Shown here one piece after another: positions 9,554 to 21,148 of a stretch of 64,000 nucleotides of DNA. The number at the start of each line of letters is the position of its first letter. Position 1 is the stretch's first letter. The notes under the pieces were generated by a model that saw only the letters and a list, made by a program, of their open reading frames with translations, did not search any database and was not told where the DNA came from. The translations under genes and the position numbers were made by a program. Source of the DNA: Pseudomonadota bacterium (GTDB taxonomy: Bacteria > Pseudomonadota > Gammaproteobacteria > Eutrophobiales > Eutrophobiaceae); the NCBI GenBank assembly GCA_038142205.1, contig JAYQJO010000001.1:678527-742526 (forward strand), given 5' to 3'.

Positions 9554-10207
9554 ATGAATAATATTGAAACTCAAGCACTTAATTTAGTGCCAATGGTCGT
9601 TGAACAGACGTCCAGAGGTGAGCGCTCCTACGATATCTATTCGCGACTTCTTAAAGAACGTATTATTTTCTTGGTTGGCGCGGTTGATGATAATGTTGCT
9701 AATGTCATTGTTGCACAACTACTTTTCTTGGAATCAGAAAACCCTGACAAAGATATCCATTTTTATATTAACTCCCCTGGTGGTGTGGTAACAGCTGGTA
9801 TGGCGATTTATGACACCATGCAGTTTATTAAGCCCCAAGTGAGTACGATGTGTCTTGGTCAAGCAGCTAGTATGGGATCATTACTATTAGCTGGAGGTGA
9901 AAAAGGTAAGCGTTATTGCCTACCTCATTCTCGTGTCATGATTCACCAGCCTTTAGGCGGTTTTCAGGGGCAAGCAACGGATATTGACATACACGCCAAA
10001 GAAATTTTGTTTATTCGTGAACGACTTAACCAAGTCCTAGCTCATCATACAGGACAATCGATTGAAACTATCGAAAAGGATACTGACCGTGATAACTTTA
10101 TGAGCGCGGAAGCAGCAAAAGAATACGGACTGATTGATAGTGTTCTGAATGAAAGATCTGGTTTGCCAGAAGAAGATGTCAATGAGGCGGATAAAGAATC
10201 AGAGTAA
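9554..10207 (+). CDS. clpP: ATP-dependent Clp protease proteolytic subunit.
   Basis: ClpP active-site context '[18 protein letters not shown]' and '[10 protein letters not shown]'; conserved synteny. Confidence 0.95.
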   Translation: MNNIETQALNLVPMVVEQTSRGERSYDIYSRLLKERIIFLVGAVDDNVANVIVAQLLFLESENPDKDIHFYINSPGGVVTAGMAIYDTMQFIKPQVSTMCLGQAASMGSLLLAGGEKGKRYCLPHSRVMIHQPLGGFQGQATDIDIHAKEILFIRERLNQVLAHHTGQSIETIEKDTDRDNFMSAEAAKEYGLIDSVLNERSGLPEEDVNEADKESE

Positions 10208-10234
10208 TTTATTTAATACTGTCAGGAGTAAATA

Positions 10235-11515
10235 ATGACTGATAATAAAGAGGGTAAAAACGGCGACGGTGATCGCCTACTATATTGTTCCTTCTGTGGT
10301 AAGAGTCAGCATGAAGTTAGAAAGTTGATTGCCGGCCCTTCTGTATTTATCTGTGATGAATGTGTCGAATTATGTAATGACATTATTCGCGAAGAAATTC
10401 AGGAGAAATCTGTTAGCGGTGTTGGTTCTTCATTACCTACACCACACGAAATTAACAAGATTTTGAATGAGTATGTTATCGGTCAGGAAAGGGCAAAGAA
10501 AATTCTTTCTGTTGCTGTATACAATCACTATAAACGTCTTGAGCAAGGTGTTAAAAAGTCAGACGTTGAATTATCGAAAAGCAATGTTCTGCTTATTGGA
10601 CCTACTGGTAGTGGTAAAACCTTGTTGGCCGAAACAATGGCGCGATTACTGAATGTGCCCTTTACCATTGCTGATGCAACGACATTAACCGAAGCAGGGT
10701 ATGTCGGCGAAGATGTTGAAAACATCATCCAGAAACTATTACAGAAATGTGATTACGACGTTGATAAAGCGCAGACTGGTATTGTCTATATTGATGAAAT
10801 TGACAAGATTTCACGCAAATCAGATAACCCGTCAATTACTCGCGATGTTTCCGGTGAAGGTGTTCAACAGGCATTATTAAAGCTGATTGAAGGAACCGTA
10901 GCTTCTGTTCCGCCTCAAGGTGGACGTAAGCACCCGCAACAGGAGTTTCTGCAGGTTAATACCGCTAATATCCTGTTTATCTGTGGTGGTGCTTTTGCGG
11001 GACTTGATAAAATTATCCGTGAACGCTCAGAAAAGGGCGGTATTGGCTTTTCTGCAGAAGTGAAAGGCAAGGAGGATAAGAAGAGCGTCAGCGAAGTTAT
11101 TCATACGGTAGAACCGGAAGATCTAATCAAATACGGTTTAATTCCAGAATTCGTAGGTCGTTTACCTGTCGCGGCAACATTATCTGAACTTGACGAAGAA
11201 CAGCTCTTGCAAATCTTACAAGAACCTAAAAATGCAATTACTAAGCAATATACGCGATTATTTGATATGGAAGGCTGTGAACTTGAGTTTCGTGAAGACT
11301 CCTTACGTGCTGTGGCCAGAAAATCGATGGAGCGTAAAACAGGTGCGCGTGGATTACGTTCAATAATGGAAAATGTGCTATTAGATACAATGTATGATTT
11401 ACCTTCTATGGATAATGTCGCCAAAGTCGTTATTGATGAAGGTGTAATTAATGGTGAATCAGAACCTTTGATGATTTATGAAGGCTCTGATATGTCAAAA
11501 GCTGCATCTGAGTAA
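10235..11515 (+). CDS. clpX: ATP-dependent Clp protease ATP-binding subunit ClpX.
   Basis: A zinc-binding '[30 protein letters not shown]' segment and the Walker A motif 'GPTGSGKT'; conserved synteny. Confidence 0.95.
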   Translation: MTDNKEGKNGDGDRLLYCSFCGKSQHEVRKLIAGPSVFICDECVELCNDIIREEIQEKSVSGVGSSLPTPHEINKILNEYVIGQERAKKILSVAVYNHYKRLEQGVKKSDVELSKSNVLLIGPTGSGKTLLAETMARLLNVPFTIADATTLTEAGYVGEDVENIIQKLLQKCDYDVDKAQTGIVYIDEIDKISRKSDNPSITRDVSGEGVQQALLKLIEGTVASVPPQGGRKHPQQEFLQVNTANILFICGGAFAGLDKIIRERSEKGGIGFSAEVKGKEDKKSVSEVIHTVEPEDLIKYGLIPEFVGRLPVAATLSELDEEQLLQILQEPKNAITKQYTRLFDMEGCELEFREDSLRAVARKSMERKTGARGLRSIMENVLLDTMYDLPSMDNVAKVVIDEGVINGESEPLMIYEGSDMSKAASE

Positions 11516-11573
11516 GGTTTTCTAATTTCCTGCCGAATATTTGCATGATTAGTGCATAACTCTAATCATGCAT

Positions 11574-11601
11574 CTTGAAAAAGAGAAATAAGCCACCATA
11601 T
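11574..11601 (+). promoter_or_regulatory. Putative sigma-32 heat-shock promoter for lon. A perfect 10-bp inverted repeat, GCATGATTAG...CTAATCATGC, lies just upstream at 11543-11571.
   Basis: CTTGAAA at 11574-11580 and CCACCATAT at 11593-11601 match the sigma-32 consensus CTTGAAA-N13-CCCCATNT. lon is a sigma-32 gene in E. coli. Confidence 0.5.
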
Positions 11602-11650
11602 CGTTTTAAGGTATACTTATTTAACTCGTAAAATTTACAAAAGGTTTTTT

Positions 11651-14059
11651 ATGACAAAAGAAACTGAGACACTTCCTGTTCTTCCCCTTCGTGATGTTGT
11701 TGTTTATCCACACATGGTTATTCCCTTGTTTGTCGGACGTGAAAAGTCGATTAAAGCATTGGATAAAGCGATGGAGGGCAGTAAACAAATTTTACTTGTT
11801 GCGCAGAAAAGCGCTGCTGAGGATGAGCCCGGTCAAGATGAAACCTATAATATTGGAACACTTGCCAATATTTTACAGCTATTAAAATTACCAGATGGCA
11901 CGATTAAGGTTTTAGTCGAAGGTACAGCCAGAGCAGGCATAAAAGATTATCGCGATGAAGACGGTATGTTTGTCGCTGATGTTGAATTACTTGAAGGTGT
12001 TGTCGCCGATGAACAGGAAATGGACGTGCATGCGCGTTCAGCAATGAATCAGTTCGAGCAGTATGTAAAATTAAACAAGAAAGTTCCGCCAGAAATTATT
12101 TCCTCGCTTACCAGTATTGATGATGCCAGTCGCTTGGCTGATACGATCGCAGCGCATATGTCGATAAAAATAGAGGAAAAACAACATGTTCTGGAGATTA
12201 TCGATATAAAAGAACGCCTTGAGCATCTCATCCATTTGATGGAATCAGAGATTGATTTGTTGCAGGTCGAAAAACGTATTCGTGGTCGTGTGAAGTCTCA
12301 AATGGAAAAGAGCCAGCGCGAGTATTATTTGAATGAGCAGATGAAAGCGATTCAGAAAGAGTTGGGTGAAATGGATGATGTGCCTAATGAAATTGATGAA
12401 TTAACGGATAAAATTGAAAAAGCAGGTATGCATAAAGAGGCTAGGGAAAAGGCTGATTCAGAATTAAATAAACTGAAAATGATGTCGCCGATGTCTGCGG
12501 AGGCGACGGTAGTTCGTAATTACATAGACTGGCTTGTTGGCGTGCCATGGAAAAAGCGTAGTAAGGTTTCACAAGATATAGCCAAAGCAGAAAACATACT
12601 TGAAGAAGATCATTTTGGATTGGAAAAAGTAAAAGAACGTATTCTCGAATATCTTGCTGTACAACAACGCGTCAAGAAAATGAAAGGTCCTATCTTATGC
12701 CTGGTCGGTCCTCCTGGTGTCGGTAAAACATCGCTTGGCCGTTCTATTGCCAGAGCAACAAACCGTAAATTTATTCGCATGTCTTTGGGTGGCGTTCGTG
12801 ACGAAGCTGAAATTCGAGGTCATAGACGAACTTATATCGGTTCTATGCCCGGAAAAATTGTCCAAGGCATGTCAAAAATCGGTAAGAAAAACCCGCTTTT
12901 CTTGCTTGATGAAATAGACAAGATGGCAATGGATTCACGAGGTGATCCAGCATCGGCTTTACTGGAAGTTTTAGATCCGGAACAAAATAACACGTTTAAC
13001 GACCACTATCTTGAAGTTGATTATGATTTATCCGAAGTCATGTTTGTGACGACGGCGAATAGTTTAAATATTCCTGGACCTTTATTAGATCGTATGGAAA
13101 TTATTCGTATCTCCGGTTATACCGAAGATGAAAAAATTAATATTGCTAAGCGTTATTTGATACCGAAGCAATTTACAAGTAATGGTATAAAAGAAGGTGA
13201 AGTAGTTATTAGAGAAGGTGTTATTCGCGATATTATTCGTTATTACACGCGAGAAGCAGGTGTTCGTAGTCTTGACAGGGAAATTGCGAATATATGCAGA
13301 AAAATAGTGAAGCAAATTTTGCTTAAACCTACTGATAAAACAGTCACAGTCACTGAGAAAAAACTTGAATCTTTATTAGGCGTTAAAAGATTCCGTTATG
13401 GTCGAGCTGAAGAAGAAGATCGTATCGGTCAGGTTACCGGACTTGCCTGGACGGAAGTTGGTGGTGAATTATTGACGATTGAAGCGGCTATGGTTGATGG
13501 TAAAGGAAAAATAACACGTACTGGTAAATTAGGTGAAGTTATGCAGGAGTCAATCGAAGCAGCGATGACTGTTGTCAGAAGCCGTAGTAATATTCTCGGT
13601 ATTGATCATGATTTCTATAAGGAAAATGATTTTCATATTCATGTGCCGGAAGGAGCGACACCAAAAGATGGGCCAAGTGCCGGTGTGGGTATGTGTACAG
13701 CGCTTGTTTCTGCACTTTGTAAAATTCCTGTTAAATCCAGTGTTGCGATGACAGGAGAAATTACCTTACGTGGTGAAGTGTTGCCAATTGGCGGTTTAAA
13801 AGAAAAATTACTTGCTGCGCTAAGAGGAGGAATTGAAACAGTATTAATACCTTACGAGAATGATCGAGAATTATCCGAGATTCCAAAGAACATAAAACAG
13901 AATCTTGATATTCGACCGGTTAAATGGATTGATGAAGTACTTGAGGTGGCATTGGAAAAAATGCCGGAGCCGAGTGCCAAAAGTGGTTCTGAATCTGATA
14001 TAGTCAAAACCGAAGAAGTAATAGGAAAAGAGAAAAACGATTTAATCCGACCACACTAA
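11651..14059 (+). CDS. lon: Lon protease.
   Basis: 802 aa. The Lon N-terminal domain is '[23 protein letters not shown]'. Walker A 'GPPGVGKTS' and the catalytic 'DGPSAG' are present. Confidence 0.95.
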   Translation: MTKETETLPVLPLRDVVVYPHMVIPLFVGREKSIKALDKAMEGSKQILLVAQKSAAEDEPGQDETYNIGTLANILQLLKLPDGTIKVLVEGTARAGIKDYRDEDGMFVADVELLEGVVADEQEMDVHARSAMNQFEQYVKLNKKVPPEIISSLTSIDDASRLADTIAAHMSIKIEEKQHVLEIIDIKERLEHLIHLMESEIDLLQVEKRIRGRVKSQMEKSQREYYLNEQMKAIQKELGEMDDVPNEIDELTDKIEKAGMHKEAREKADSELNKLKMMSPMSAEATVVRNYIDWLVGVPWKKRSKVSQDIAKAENILEEDHFGLEKVKERILEYLAVQQRVKKMKGPILCLVGPPGVGKTSLGRSIARATNRKFIRMSLGGVRDEAEIRGHRRTYIGSMPGKIVQGMSKIGKKNPLFLLDEIDKMAMDSRGDPASALLEVLDPEQNNTFNDHYLEVDYDLSEVMFVTTANSLNIPGPLLDRMEIIRISGYTEDEKINIAKRYLIPKQFTSNGIKEGEVVIREGVIRDIIRYYTREAGVRSLDREIANICRKIVKQILLKPTDKTVTVTEKKLESLLGVKRFRYGRAEEEDRIGQVTGLAWTEVGGELLTIEAAMVDGKGKITRTGKLGEVMQESIEAAMTVVRSRSNILGIDHDFYKENDFHIHVPEGATPKDGPSAGVGMCTALVSALCKIPVKSSVAMTGEITLRGEVLPIGGLKEKLLAALRGGIETVLIPYENDRELSEIPKNIKQNLDIRPVKWIDEVLEVALEKMPEPSAKSGSESDIVKTEEVIGKEKNDLIRPH

Positions 14060-14087
14060 ATTATTTGCATCTGTTTGAAACCATTGC

Positions 14088-14116
14088 TTGACGCCTATTT
14101 CAGCTCTTGGTATAAA
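14088..14116 (+). promoter_or_regulatory. Sigma-70 promoter for hupB.
   Basis: TTGACG (14088-14093), a 17-bp spacer, then TATAAA (14111-14116), about 110 bp upstream of the hupB ATG. Confidence 0.55.
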
Positions 14117-14226
14117 ACTAGCGCAAAAAAAAAGTATCCAGGTCAAAAGAACAATACTATCTCACCAGTCAGACACATATCTGTAATAGCTGTAGCTGGG
14201 AATTATATACAAGGGGAATAATTATT

Positions 14227-14499
14227 ATGAATAAAGCTGAACTTATTGATGCTGTAGCCGATTCTGCAGATTTGTCTAAAGCATCTGCAGGACGAGCATT
14301 GGATGCAGCAATAGAAGCAATAACAAAAGCACTTAAAAAAGGTGATACCGTTACATTAGTAGGGTTTGGAACATTTTCAGTTCGTAAGCGTGCAGCGCGT
14401 ACGGGTCGTAACCCAAGAACGGGTGAAGAAATAAAAATCAAAGCGTCAAAAGTTCCTGGCTTTAAAGCTGGCAAAGCTCTCAAGGATGCCATAAACTAG
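14227..14499 (+). CDS. hupB: DNA-binding protein HU-beta.
   Basis: 90 aa. '[11 protein letters not shown]...[26 protein letters not shown]...' closely matches E. coli HupB. Confidence 0.93.
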   Translation: MNKAELIDAVADSADLSKASAGRALDAAIEAITKALKKGDTVTLVGFGTFSVRKRAARTGRNPRTGEEIKIKASKVPGFKAGKALKDAIN

Positions 14500-14508
14500 C
14501 GCGCCCTT

Positions 14509-14584
14509 GGGTGCTTAGCTCAGTTGGTAGAGCGTCGCCTTTACACGGCGTAGGTCGGGGGTTCGAATCCCTCAGCACCCACCA
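14509..14584 (+). tRNA. tRNA-Val (anticodon TAC).
   Basis: GGGTGCT...AGCACCC-A-CCA. Anticodon stem CGCC/GGCG with loop TTTACAC. Similar to E. coli tRNA-Val(UAC). Confidence 0.9.
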
Positions 14585-14617
14585 TGTTAAAAATTTAATA
14601 AGAGTAGAACACACTTA

Positions 14618-14694
14618 GGAGTGGTAGTTCAGTTGGTTAGAATACCGGCCTGTCACGCCGGGGGTCGCGGGTTCGAGTCCCGTCCACTCCGCCA
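14618..14694 (+). tRNA. tRNA-Asp (anticodon GTC).
   Basis: Near-identical to E. coli tRNA-Asp: GGAGTGGTAGTTCAGTTGGTTAGAATACC...CTGTCACG...GGGTTCGAGTCCCGTCCACTCCGCCA. Confidence 0.92.
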
Positions 14695-14705
14695 ACAGAT
14701 TAGCC

Positions 14706-14745
14706 GGGTGTATCATTAAAGTGATACGCCCGTTTTTATTTATAA
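14706..14745 (+). terminator. Rho-independent terminator after the tRNA pair.
   Basis: The hairpin GGGTGTATCA-ttaaag-TGATACGCCC is followed by GTTTTTATTT. Confidence 0.6.
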
Positions 14746-14767
14746 TAGAGAGAAAGTTGGGTTTGTC

Positions 14768-16699
14768 ATGTTAGGAGTTATCAGAGATAAAGCATCAGGT
14801 GTTGTTGCCAGTGTTATTGTTGGCGCATTAATTATTTCATTTGCGTTCTGGGGTGTTAATTCTTACTTTGGCGGTCCTAATGTTAATGTCGCTACGGTTA
14901 ATGATTCCGAAATAAGCTATCAAACCTTCCAGCGTTCTTTTTATTCTTTACGTCAGCAAATGCAAGCTGTTCTAGGCGGTGATACGCTTAGCATGGAAGA
15001 AGAAGACTATGTTAAAGAACAAACTTTACAAAGTCTGGTTGATAGAGAGTTAGTCAATCAAATAATTGAAGATAACCACTTACGTGTCAGCAATGAGAAA
15101 GTTGTTGATACGATCAAAAATCTGGAATATTTCAAAGGTGAAAAAGGATTTGACCGCTATAAATATGAAAGAGCTGTTTCAAGTATGGGTATGGACTCTG
15201 TTGTTTTTGAAACTCAACTTAGGATGGACTTATTGGCCGAACAACTTCAGGCGGCTTTGTCTGATAGCCTTTTCGTGCTTGATTCTGAACTCGAAAATGT
15301 TCTTAAGTTGAAATCACAAACGCGAGATATTACTTACACAACACTGAATCTCGCTTCATTTATAGAAGATACAAGTGAAGTTGCAGATACTGAAGTCGAA
15401 GACTTTTATAAAGCAAATCCTGATAAGTTTGCTGAACCTGAAAAAGTTAAAATTGCTTATTTAGAACTTGATGTAAATGGGTTGGCAAAAAACATTGAGT
15501 CAGATGAAGAAAGCCTCCGCAGCTATTACAGTGATAATAAAGATACTTATGATGTTGCTGAACAACGTTCAATTACTAAACTATTTGTACAAACTGCAGA
15601 AAAAAATGCAGACAACGAGTATGAAGAAGTAACAGAAGAAGAAAAGGCCAAGGCAAAGCAAGCTATTGAAAAAGCATTAGCCCGCGTTAAAGAAGGCAAA
15701 ACCTTTGAAGAAGTGTTAGAAAGTTTCACAGAAGAAGGCAAAGGTGCTTTGCAATTTAGCGAAAATAACTTTCTACCAAAAGGTGTTCTGGAGAAAGAAG
15801 TTGAAGAGTTTCTATTTGCTTCTGAAGAAGGTGCTATTAGTGATGTTATTGAGAGCAAAAAAGGTTTCAATATTATTAAAGTTGGTGAAATCAGAGGTGG
15901 ACCAAAAAATGTATATGAAACTGTTGCAGAACAGGTCGCGCAAGACTATAAACGCGATCAAGCTGAACTACAGTTTTTTGAATTAGCCGATCAATTAACC
16001 AATCTGAGTTATGAACATTCTGATTCGTTAGAGGTAGCTGCAGAAGCGATAAATGGAGATATTGTTGAAACAGATTTTTTCAGTCGTGATAGCGCTTCAG
16101 ATGGCATAATATCTAAACCTCAGATTATCACAGCAAGTTTTAATGATGAATTAATTAGCTCCGGTAGGAACAGCGATGCGATAGAGCTGTCTGATAATCA
16201 TATTGTTGTTTTAAGAGTATTGGAACATCAGGTAGCCAAAACTAAAGCATTAGAAGATGTGCGCGATGATGTTATAGCGGAAATCAGACTTGGAAGAGCA
16301 GCAAAGAAAATTACAGAAGAAAGCAACTCAATCGTAAAACAACTTGAGTCTGGTGTTTCTACAGAGAGTATTGAGAGCGATGTTAAACTTGTATGGGCGT
16401 CCGTCGAAAAAACAACACGCGAAAGTATTGAAGTAAACAGATCTGTGCTACGAAATGCCTTTCAACTAGGCGTTCCTGAAGATAAGCCGCTTGTTGCCAG
16501 TAATCGTTTAGGCAGTGGTGATTATTCAATTGTTATCGTCACAGCGGTTCATAAAGCTGAAGTTGTTGATAAAGAAGATGAACTGGCTAAATCAACAGAT
16601 ATAAACATACGACGTACTCGTGGAAACAATGAGTGGCAAGAGTTTATTAAAAATGCGAAGAGCAATGCGGAGATTAAACTCTTTAGAGAAAATATTTAA
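14768..16699 (+). CDS. ppiD: Periplasmic chaperone / peptidyl-prolyl isomerase PpiD.
   Basis: 643 aa with an N-terminal TM anchor 'VVASVIVGALIISFAFWGVNSYFGG', like E. coli PpiD. A central PPIase/SurA-like region. Position after lon-hupB as in enterics. Confidence 0.85.
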   Translation: MLGVIRDKASGVVASVIVGALIISFAFWGVNSYFGGPNVNVATVNDSEISYQTFQRSFYSLRQQMQAVLGGDTLSMEEEDYVKEQTLQSLVDRELVNQIIEDNHLRVSNEKVVDTIKNLEYFKGEKGFDRYKYERAVSSMGMDSVVFETQLRMDLLAEQLQAALSDSLFVLDSELENVLKLKSQTRDITYTTLNLASFIEDTSEVADTEVEDFYKANPDKFAEPEKVKIAYLELDVNGLAKNIESDEESLRSYYSDNKDTYDVAEQRSITKLFVQTAEKNADNEYEEVTEEEKAKAKQAIEKALARVKEGKTFEEVLESFTEEGKGALQFSENNFLPKGVLEKEVEEFLFASEEGAISDVIESKKGFNIIKVGEIRGGPKNVYETVAEQVAQDYKRDQAELQFFELADQLTNLSYEHSDSLEVAAEAINGDIVETDFFSRDSASDGIISKPQIITASFNDELISSGRNSDAIELSDNHIVVLRVLEHQVAKTKALEDVRDDVIAEIRLGRAAKKITEESNSIVKQLESGVSTESIESDVKLVWASVEKTTRESIEVNRSVLRNAFQLGVPEDKPLVASNRLGSGDYSIVIVTAVHKAEVVDKEDELAKSTDINIRRTRGNNEWQEFIKNAKSNAEIKLFRENI

Positions 16700-16746
16700 T
16701 AACTCGCTTGGTTAAATTCATTAGTCTTTAATCAAACTGGTTTTGT

Positions 16747-18008
16747 TTAATATATTTTTTCCCCTTCAGTTTTGGCAACAATAACTGCGCAACAACTGTC
16801 ACTAAATACGTTTACAGCTGTTCTTGTCATATCCAGAATCCTGTCCGTTACCAGAAGCAAGCCAATTCCTTCCAACGGTAAACCAATAACACCGAGAATA
16901 ACAGTAATTGCGACAAGACTGGCTGCAGGAATACCGGCAACACCGATTGATGTTAAAAGAGCGACAAGAACGATTGTAAACTGTGTTGTAAAAGTCAGAT
17001 CCAGACCATAAGCTTGAGCAATAAATATTGCAGCAACACACTCATATAAAGCCGTACCATCCATGTTGATGGTTGCCCCTAACGGTAATACGAAAGAAGT
17101 TGTCTGGTTTGATACGCCTGCCTTTTTTCTATACATTCCATAGTAATGGGTAATGTGCCTGAGGAAGACGCCGTTGAAAAAGCAGTAAGCATTGCCGGAG
17201 CCATCGTCGTGTAATGACTTAACGGGTTTATCTTTACAACAGTTTTTAATAATAAAGCCAGCGTTATAAATTTATGAAAAAGTAGTGCCAGTAATACAGT
17301 TATAAAAAATAAAAGCAAGGGCTGGAAAGCACTAAAACCAGTAGCCGTAATTGTTTTAGCCACAAGCCCAAATACACCGATGGGCGCAAACTTCATAACA
17401 AACATGGTTATTGCCATCATTGTGTTAAACACGCCTTGCCAGAAGTTTTCTAAAGCCTGTTTTTGTTGTCCAGCAAGTTGGCTCATAAAATAGCCAAATA
17501 ACATGCCGAAGAAGATGAGTCCAAGCATTTGACCTTCGGCTGCTGCTTTTACGATATTGGTCGGCACCATACGAAGAAAAACATCGGTTATATCACTGGC
17601 ACTGCGATCTTCAACACGTTCTAATTGAGAAGCGACTTCTGTATCTGTACTCAGATTGAGTATTTCTCCTGCCGGTTTCCCATCAACGATGCCAGGCGTT
17701 AGAACATTGACAAAAATTAGGCCGATAAGAATAGCTAATAGACTTGATAATAAATAAAAACCTATTGTTTTACTTCCCAGTCGTCCAAGGTTTTCACTAG
17801 CACCGATACTGGATATGCCGCAAATAATAGAGGAAAGCACAAGCGGCACGATGATCATCTTCAGCGCATTTAGAAAAAGGGTGCCGATAAAGCTAAAGAT
17901 GCTATAGAAAGTGACACTGCCTATAGCAGTGTCCTTATCTATCATTGCCCCAATCAGCATTGCCAAAATAATGGCAATAAGAATTTGCCAATGTAATTTC
18001 AGCTTCAT
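16747..18008 (-). pseudogene. Dicarboxylate/amino-acid:cation symporter (DAACS, GltP/SstT-like), split by a -1 frame change in a T6/A6 run at 17123-17128.
   Basis: The N-terminal ORF 17079-18008 and C-terminal ORF 16747-17136 overlap. The expected DAACS motif '...[13 protein letters not shown]|[27 protein letters not shown]' is restored if the A6 run (minus strand) is A7. Confidence 0.65.
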
Positions 18009-18097
18009 TACAGTTTTAACTTGTTAAGTAAATGAGTTGAAATGAGCTTATGCATAAAGGAATAATCATTGTCCTGTTAAAATAGTGTTTCGGGCAT

Positions 18098-18874
18098 TTA
18101 GCCCATCCCGATTGAATTAAATCCATTATCAACGTAAGTGATTTCGCCGGTGATAGCTGACGCGTAATCAGAACACATAAATGCGGCAACGTTACCGACT
18201 TCATCAATCGTGACATTGCGTCTAAGAGGCGAGACTTTTTCAACATGATTCAAAAAGTCACGCATGCCGCTAATACCGGACGCTGCCAAGGTACGAATTG
18301 GACCTGCTGAGAGTGCATTAACACGGATTCCTTCTGGTCCGAGGCTGGAAGCCATGTAACGAACATTGGCTTCAAGGCTAGCTTTAGCGACACCCATGAC
18401 ATTGTAATTAGGCATAGCGCGTACAGCGCCAATATAGCTGAGTGTCAGCATTGAGCCGTTTCGACCTTTCATCATTTCCCTGGAAGCATCAGCCAGCGCA
18501 GAAAAACTATAGGAACTAATTTCGTGTGCCTGTAGAAAGCCTTGACGGGTGACATTTTCTAAATATTCGCCATCAAGTTGTTCTTTTGGCGCGAAAGCTA
18601 CAGAATGAACCAATATGTCCAAGCCATCCCAATAATCGTCCAAATGCTCGAAAACAGATTGAATTTCTTCATCACTGGAAACATCACAGGGGACAACGAT
18701 TTCTGAGCCGAGTTCTTCGGCAAATTTTTCGACCCTGCCGCGTAATTTGTCATTTTGATAGGTAAAAGCCAGTTCAGCGCCTTCACGATGCATCGCTTGC
18801 GCAATACCCCAGGCAATTGAACGGTTACTGGCAACGCCAACAATTAGAGCACGTTTATTATCAAGTAGTCCCAT
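18098..18874 (-). CDS. fabI: Enoyl-ACP reductase (NADH).
   Basis: 258 aa. '[43 protein letters not shown]' is near-identical to E. coli FabI. Confidence 0.92.
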   Translation of the reverse strand: MGLLDNKRALIVGVASNRSIAWGIAQAMHREGAELAFTYQNDKLRGRVEKFAEELGSEIVVPCDVSSDEEIQSVFEHLDDYWDGLDILVHSVAFAPKEQLDGEYLENVTRQGFLQAHEISSYSFSALADASREMMKGRNGSMLTLSYIGAVRAMPNYNVMGVAKASLEANVRYMASSLGPEGIRVNALSAGPIRTLAASGISGMRDFLNHVEKVSPLRRNVTIDEVGNVAAFMCSDYASAITGEITYVDNGFNSIGMG

Positions 18875-18967
18875 CTGTGTTTATCCTTCTTAATATTGTT
18901 ATTTGAAACTTTTTATTGTTTGAATATCTAAAGTGTACAGAAAAATGCACGCGTTTATAATGCACAG

Positions 18968-21148
18968 GTGACCACAAAATACATAAAAATAATAAATAGA
19001 ATGAAGTTCGGCACTATATGGCTATTTCTCTGCTCATTCTTGCTTGCAGGGTGTGAGCAATCGGCATGGAATAACCCCTACCCGCAAGAGGATGCGTCTA
19101 AACGCATCTATTATGACTCGTTTTCTGAGCGCCCCAAGCATCTTGACCCGGTCAGTTCCTATAGTTCAAATGAATATGTGTTTTTAGGACAAATTTACGA
19201 GCCGCCATTGCAATATCACTTTTTAAAGCGTCCTTATGAATTAATACCGCTTACAGCGACAGAATTACCAAAGCCGGTATATCTGGATAGTGCTGGCAAT
19301 GTTTTAGATGAAAATGCTGATCCTGAAAAAATTGAACAGGTTAAATACAGCATTTCAATCAAACCAGGTATTTTATTTCAGCCACACCCTGCATTCGCAA
19401 AAGATGCTAGTGATAATTACCTTTATCATGATCTGAATCCTGAAAAATTAACGAATATTTATACCCTGTCTGACTTTGATGTAGTTGGTACGCGTGAATT
19501 GCTGGCAAAAGATTATGTTTATCAGATAAAAAGAATGGCGCATCCGAAAATTCATTCTCCGATTGCCGGACTAATGGGTAAGTATATTGTTGGGCTGACT
19601 GAACTCGCTAAAGAATTACATGATATTGATTTATCAAAAACAAACTACATTGATTTGAATGAGTATGAGTTGCCGGGTGTAAAGGTCATTGATGATATGA
19701 CGTTTGAAATAACACTGAATCAGAAATACCCGCAATTTATATATTGGTTATCGATGAGCTTTTTTGCACCAATGCCGTGGGAAGCGGATTACTTTTATAC
19801 ACAAGAGGGTATGAAAGATAAAAACATAACACTTGATTGGTATCCGGTAGGCACAGGGCCATTCATGTTGTCAGAAAATAATCCAAATCGGCGAATGGTT
19901 TTGAAACAAAACCCGAACTTTCGTGGTGAAGCGTATCCGAAAGAAGGAGAGGAGGGTGATAGAGAATTAGGTTTGCTTGATGATGCGGGTAAGGAAATGC
20001 CATTTATCGATATGGCTATTTATAGCCTAGAAAAAGAGTCGATACCGTCATGGAATAAGTTCCTGGAAGGTTATTACGATACTTCAGGTATTGTTTCAGA
20101 TAGTTTTGATCAGGCTGTTCAGTTTAATGCCCAAGGTGATGCGCAACTAACGGGCGAAATGCAGGAAAAAGGAATACGTTTAATAACAGCAATAACGACA
20201 TCAACTTATTACAATGGTTTTAATATGGCGGATGACGTGATTGGCGGTAATAGTGAAAGCGCGCGCTTATTAAGACAAGCTATATCAATAGCAGTAGATT
20301 ACGAAGAATATATTTCAATATTTGCAAATGGACGTGGCAAACCGGCACAAGGACCTATTCCACCAGGAATATTTGGCTCTGTCGAAGGGGAAGCAGGAAT
20401 AAACCCTTATGTATATGAATGGAAAAATGGTAAACCTGTCAGACGCGATATTGAATACGCAAAAGAATTAATGGTTAAAGCTGGCTATCCCAATGGACGA
20501 GATCGGGAAACAGGTAAGCCCTTAACATTAAACCTTGATACACCTGCATCAGGACCGGGTGCTAAAGCGGTATTCGACTGGATACGAAAACAATACGACA
20601 AGCTCGGTATTAATCTTGTTGTACGTGCAACTGACTATAATCGTTTCCAGGAAAAAGTACGTAAAGGCACAACGCAAATTTTTCAATGGGGCTGGAATGC
20701 GGATTACCCTGATCCGGAAAACTTTTTCTTTTTACTCTATGGCCCGAATGGAAAAGTTAAATATCAGGGAGAGAATGCGTCAAATTACAGTGATCCAGAA
20801 TTTGATAAATTATTTAATCAAATGAAAAGCATGAGTAACTCACCTGAAAGACAGGAAGTTATAAATCAGATGGTTGATATTGCCAGAAAAGATGCACCCT
20901 GGTTATGGGGCTTTCATCCTGTAGGTTTTTCTTTGCATCATGGTTGGTATCACAATGCAAAACCAAACCTGATGGCAAACAATAAATTAAAATATCGTCG
21001 CATAGAACCGCAGCAACGTTCAGAAAAACGAATAGCATGGAATAAACCTGTTTGGTGGCCGATTGCATTAGTCGTAATATTGGTAGTAGCGATATTACTG
21101 CCGGGTATTATTTCCTATCGCCGCAGAGAGAGGGAAGTAATCTTATGA
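18968..21148 (+). CDS. Family-5 solute-binding protein of a YejABEF-like peptide ABC transporter. It is predicted to be a lipoprotein, and an extra C-terminal TM helix is also predicted.
   Basis: The lipobox is 'LFLCSFLLAGCEQ' (likely start at M 19001). The SBP_bac_5-like body is larger than YejA (726 vs ~600 aa). The C-terminus ends 'WWPIALVVILVVAILLPGIISYRRRE'. Confidence 0.8.
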   Translation: MTTKYIKIINRMKFGTIWLFLCSFLLAGCEQSAWNNPYPQEDASKRIYYDSFSERPKHLDPVSSYSSNEYVFLGQIYEPPLQYHFLKRPYELIPLTATELPKPVYLDSAGNVLDENADPEKIEQVKYSISIKPGILFQPHPAFAKDASDNYLYHDLNPEKLTNIYTLSDFDVVGTRELLAKDYVYQIKRMAHPKIHSPIAGLMGKYIVGLTELAKELHDIDLSKTNYIDLNEYELPGVKVIDDMTFEITLNQKYPQFIYWLSMSFFAPMPWEADYFYTQEGMKDKNITLDWYPVGTGPFMLSENNPNRRMVLKQNPNFRGEAYPKEGEEGDRELGLLDDAGKEMPFIDMAIYSLEKESIPSWNKFLEGYYDTSGIVSDSFDQAVQFNAQGDAQLTGEMQEKGIRLITAITTSTYYNGFNMADDVIGGNSESARLLRQAISIAVDYEEYISIFANGRGKPAQGPIPPGIFGSVEGEAGINPYVYEWKNGKPVRRDIEYAKELMVKAGYPNGRDRETGKPLTLNLDTPASGPGAKAVFDWIRKQYDKLGINLVVRATDYNRFQEKVRKGTTQIFQWGWNADYPDPENFFFLLYGPNGKVKYQGENASNYSDPEFDKLFNQMKSMSNSPERQEVINQMVDIARKDAPWLWGFHPVGFSLHHGWYHNAKPNLMANNKLKYRRIEPQQRSEKRIAWNKPVWWPIALVVILVVAILLPGIISYRRREREVIL

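Noticed and set aside
11543-11571. The inverted repeat upstream of lon as a CIRCE (HrcA) element or the clpX terminator.
   Set aside because: The sequence does not match the CIRCE consensus TTAGCACTC-N9-GAGTGCTAA. It is not followed by a U-tract.
17079-17136. The two overlapping minus-strand ORFs of the DAACS symporter as two distinct genes.
   Set aside because: Together they reconstitute one conserved family member exactly across a T6/A6 run. The second ORF begins mid-motif. The split is a frame break, most likely a miscall.
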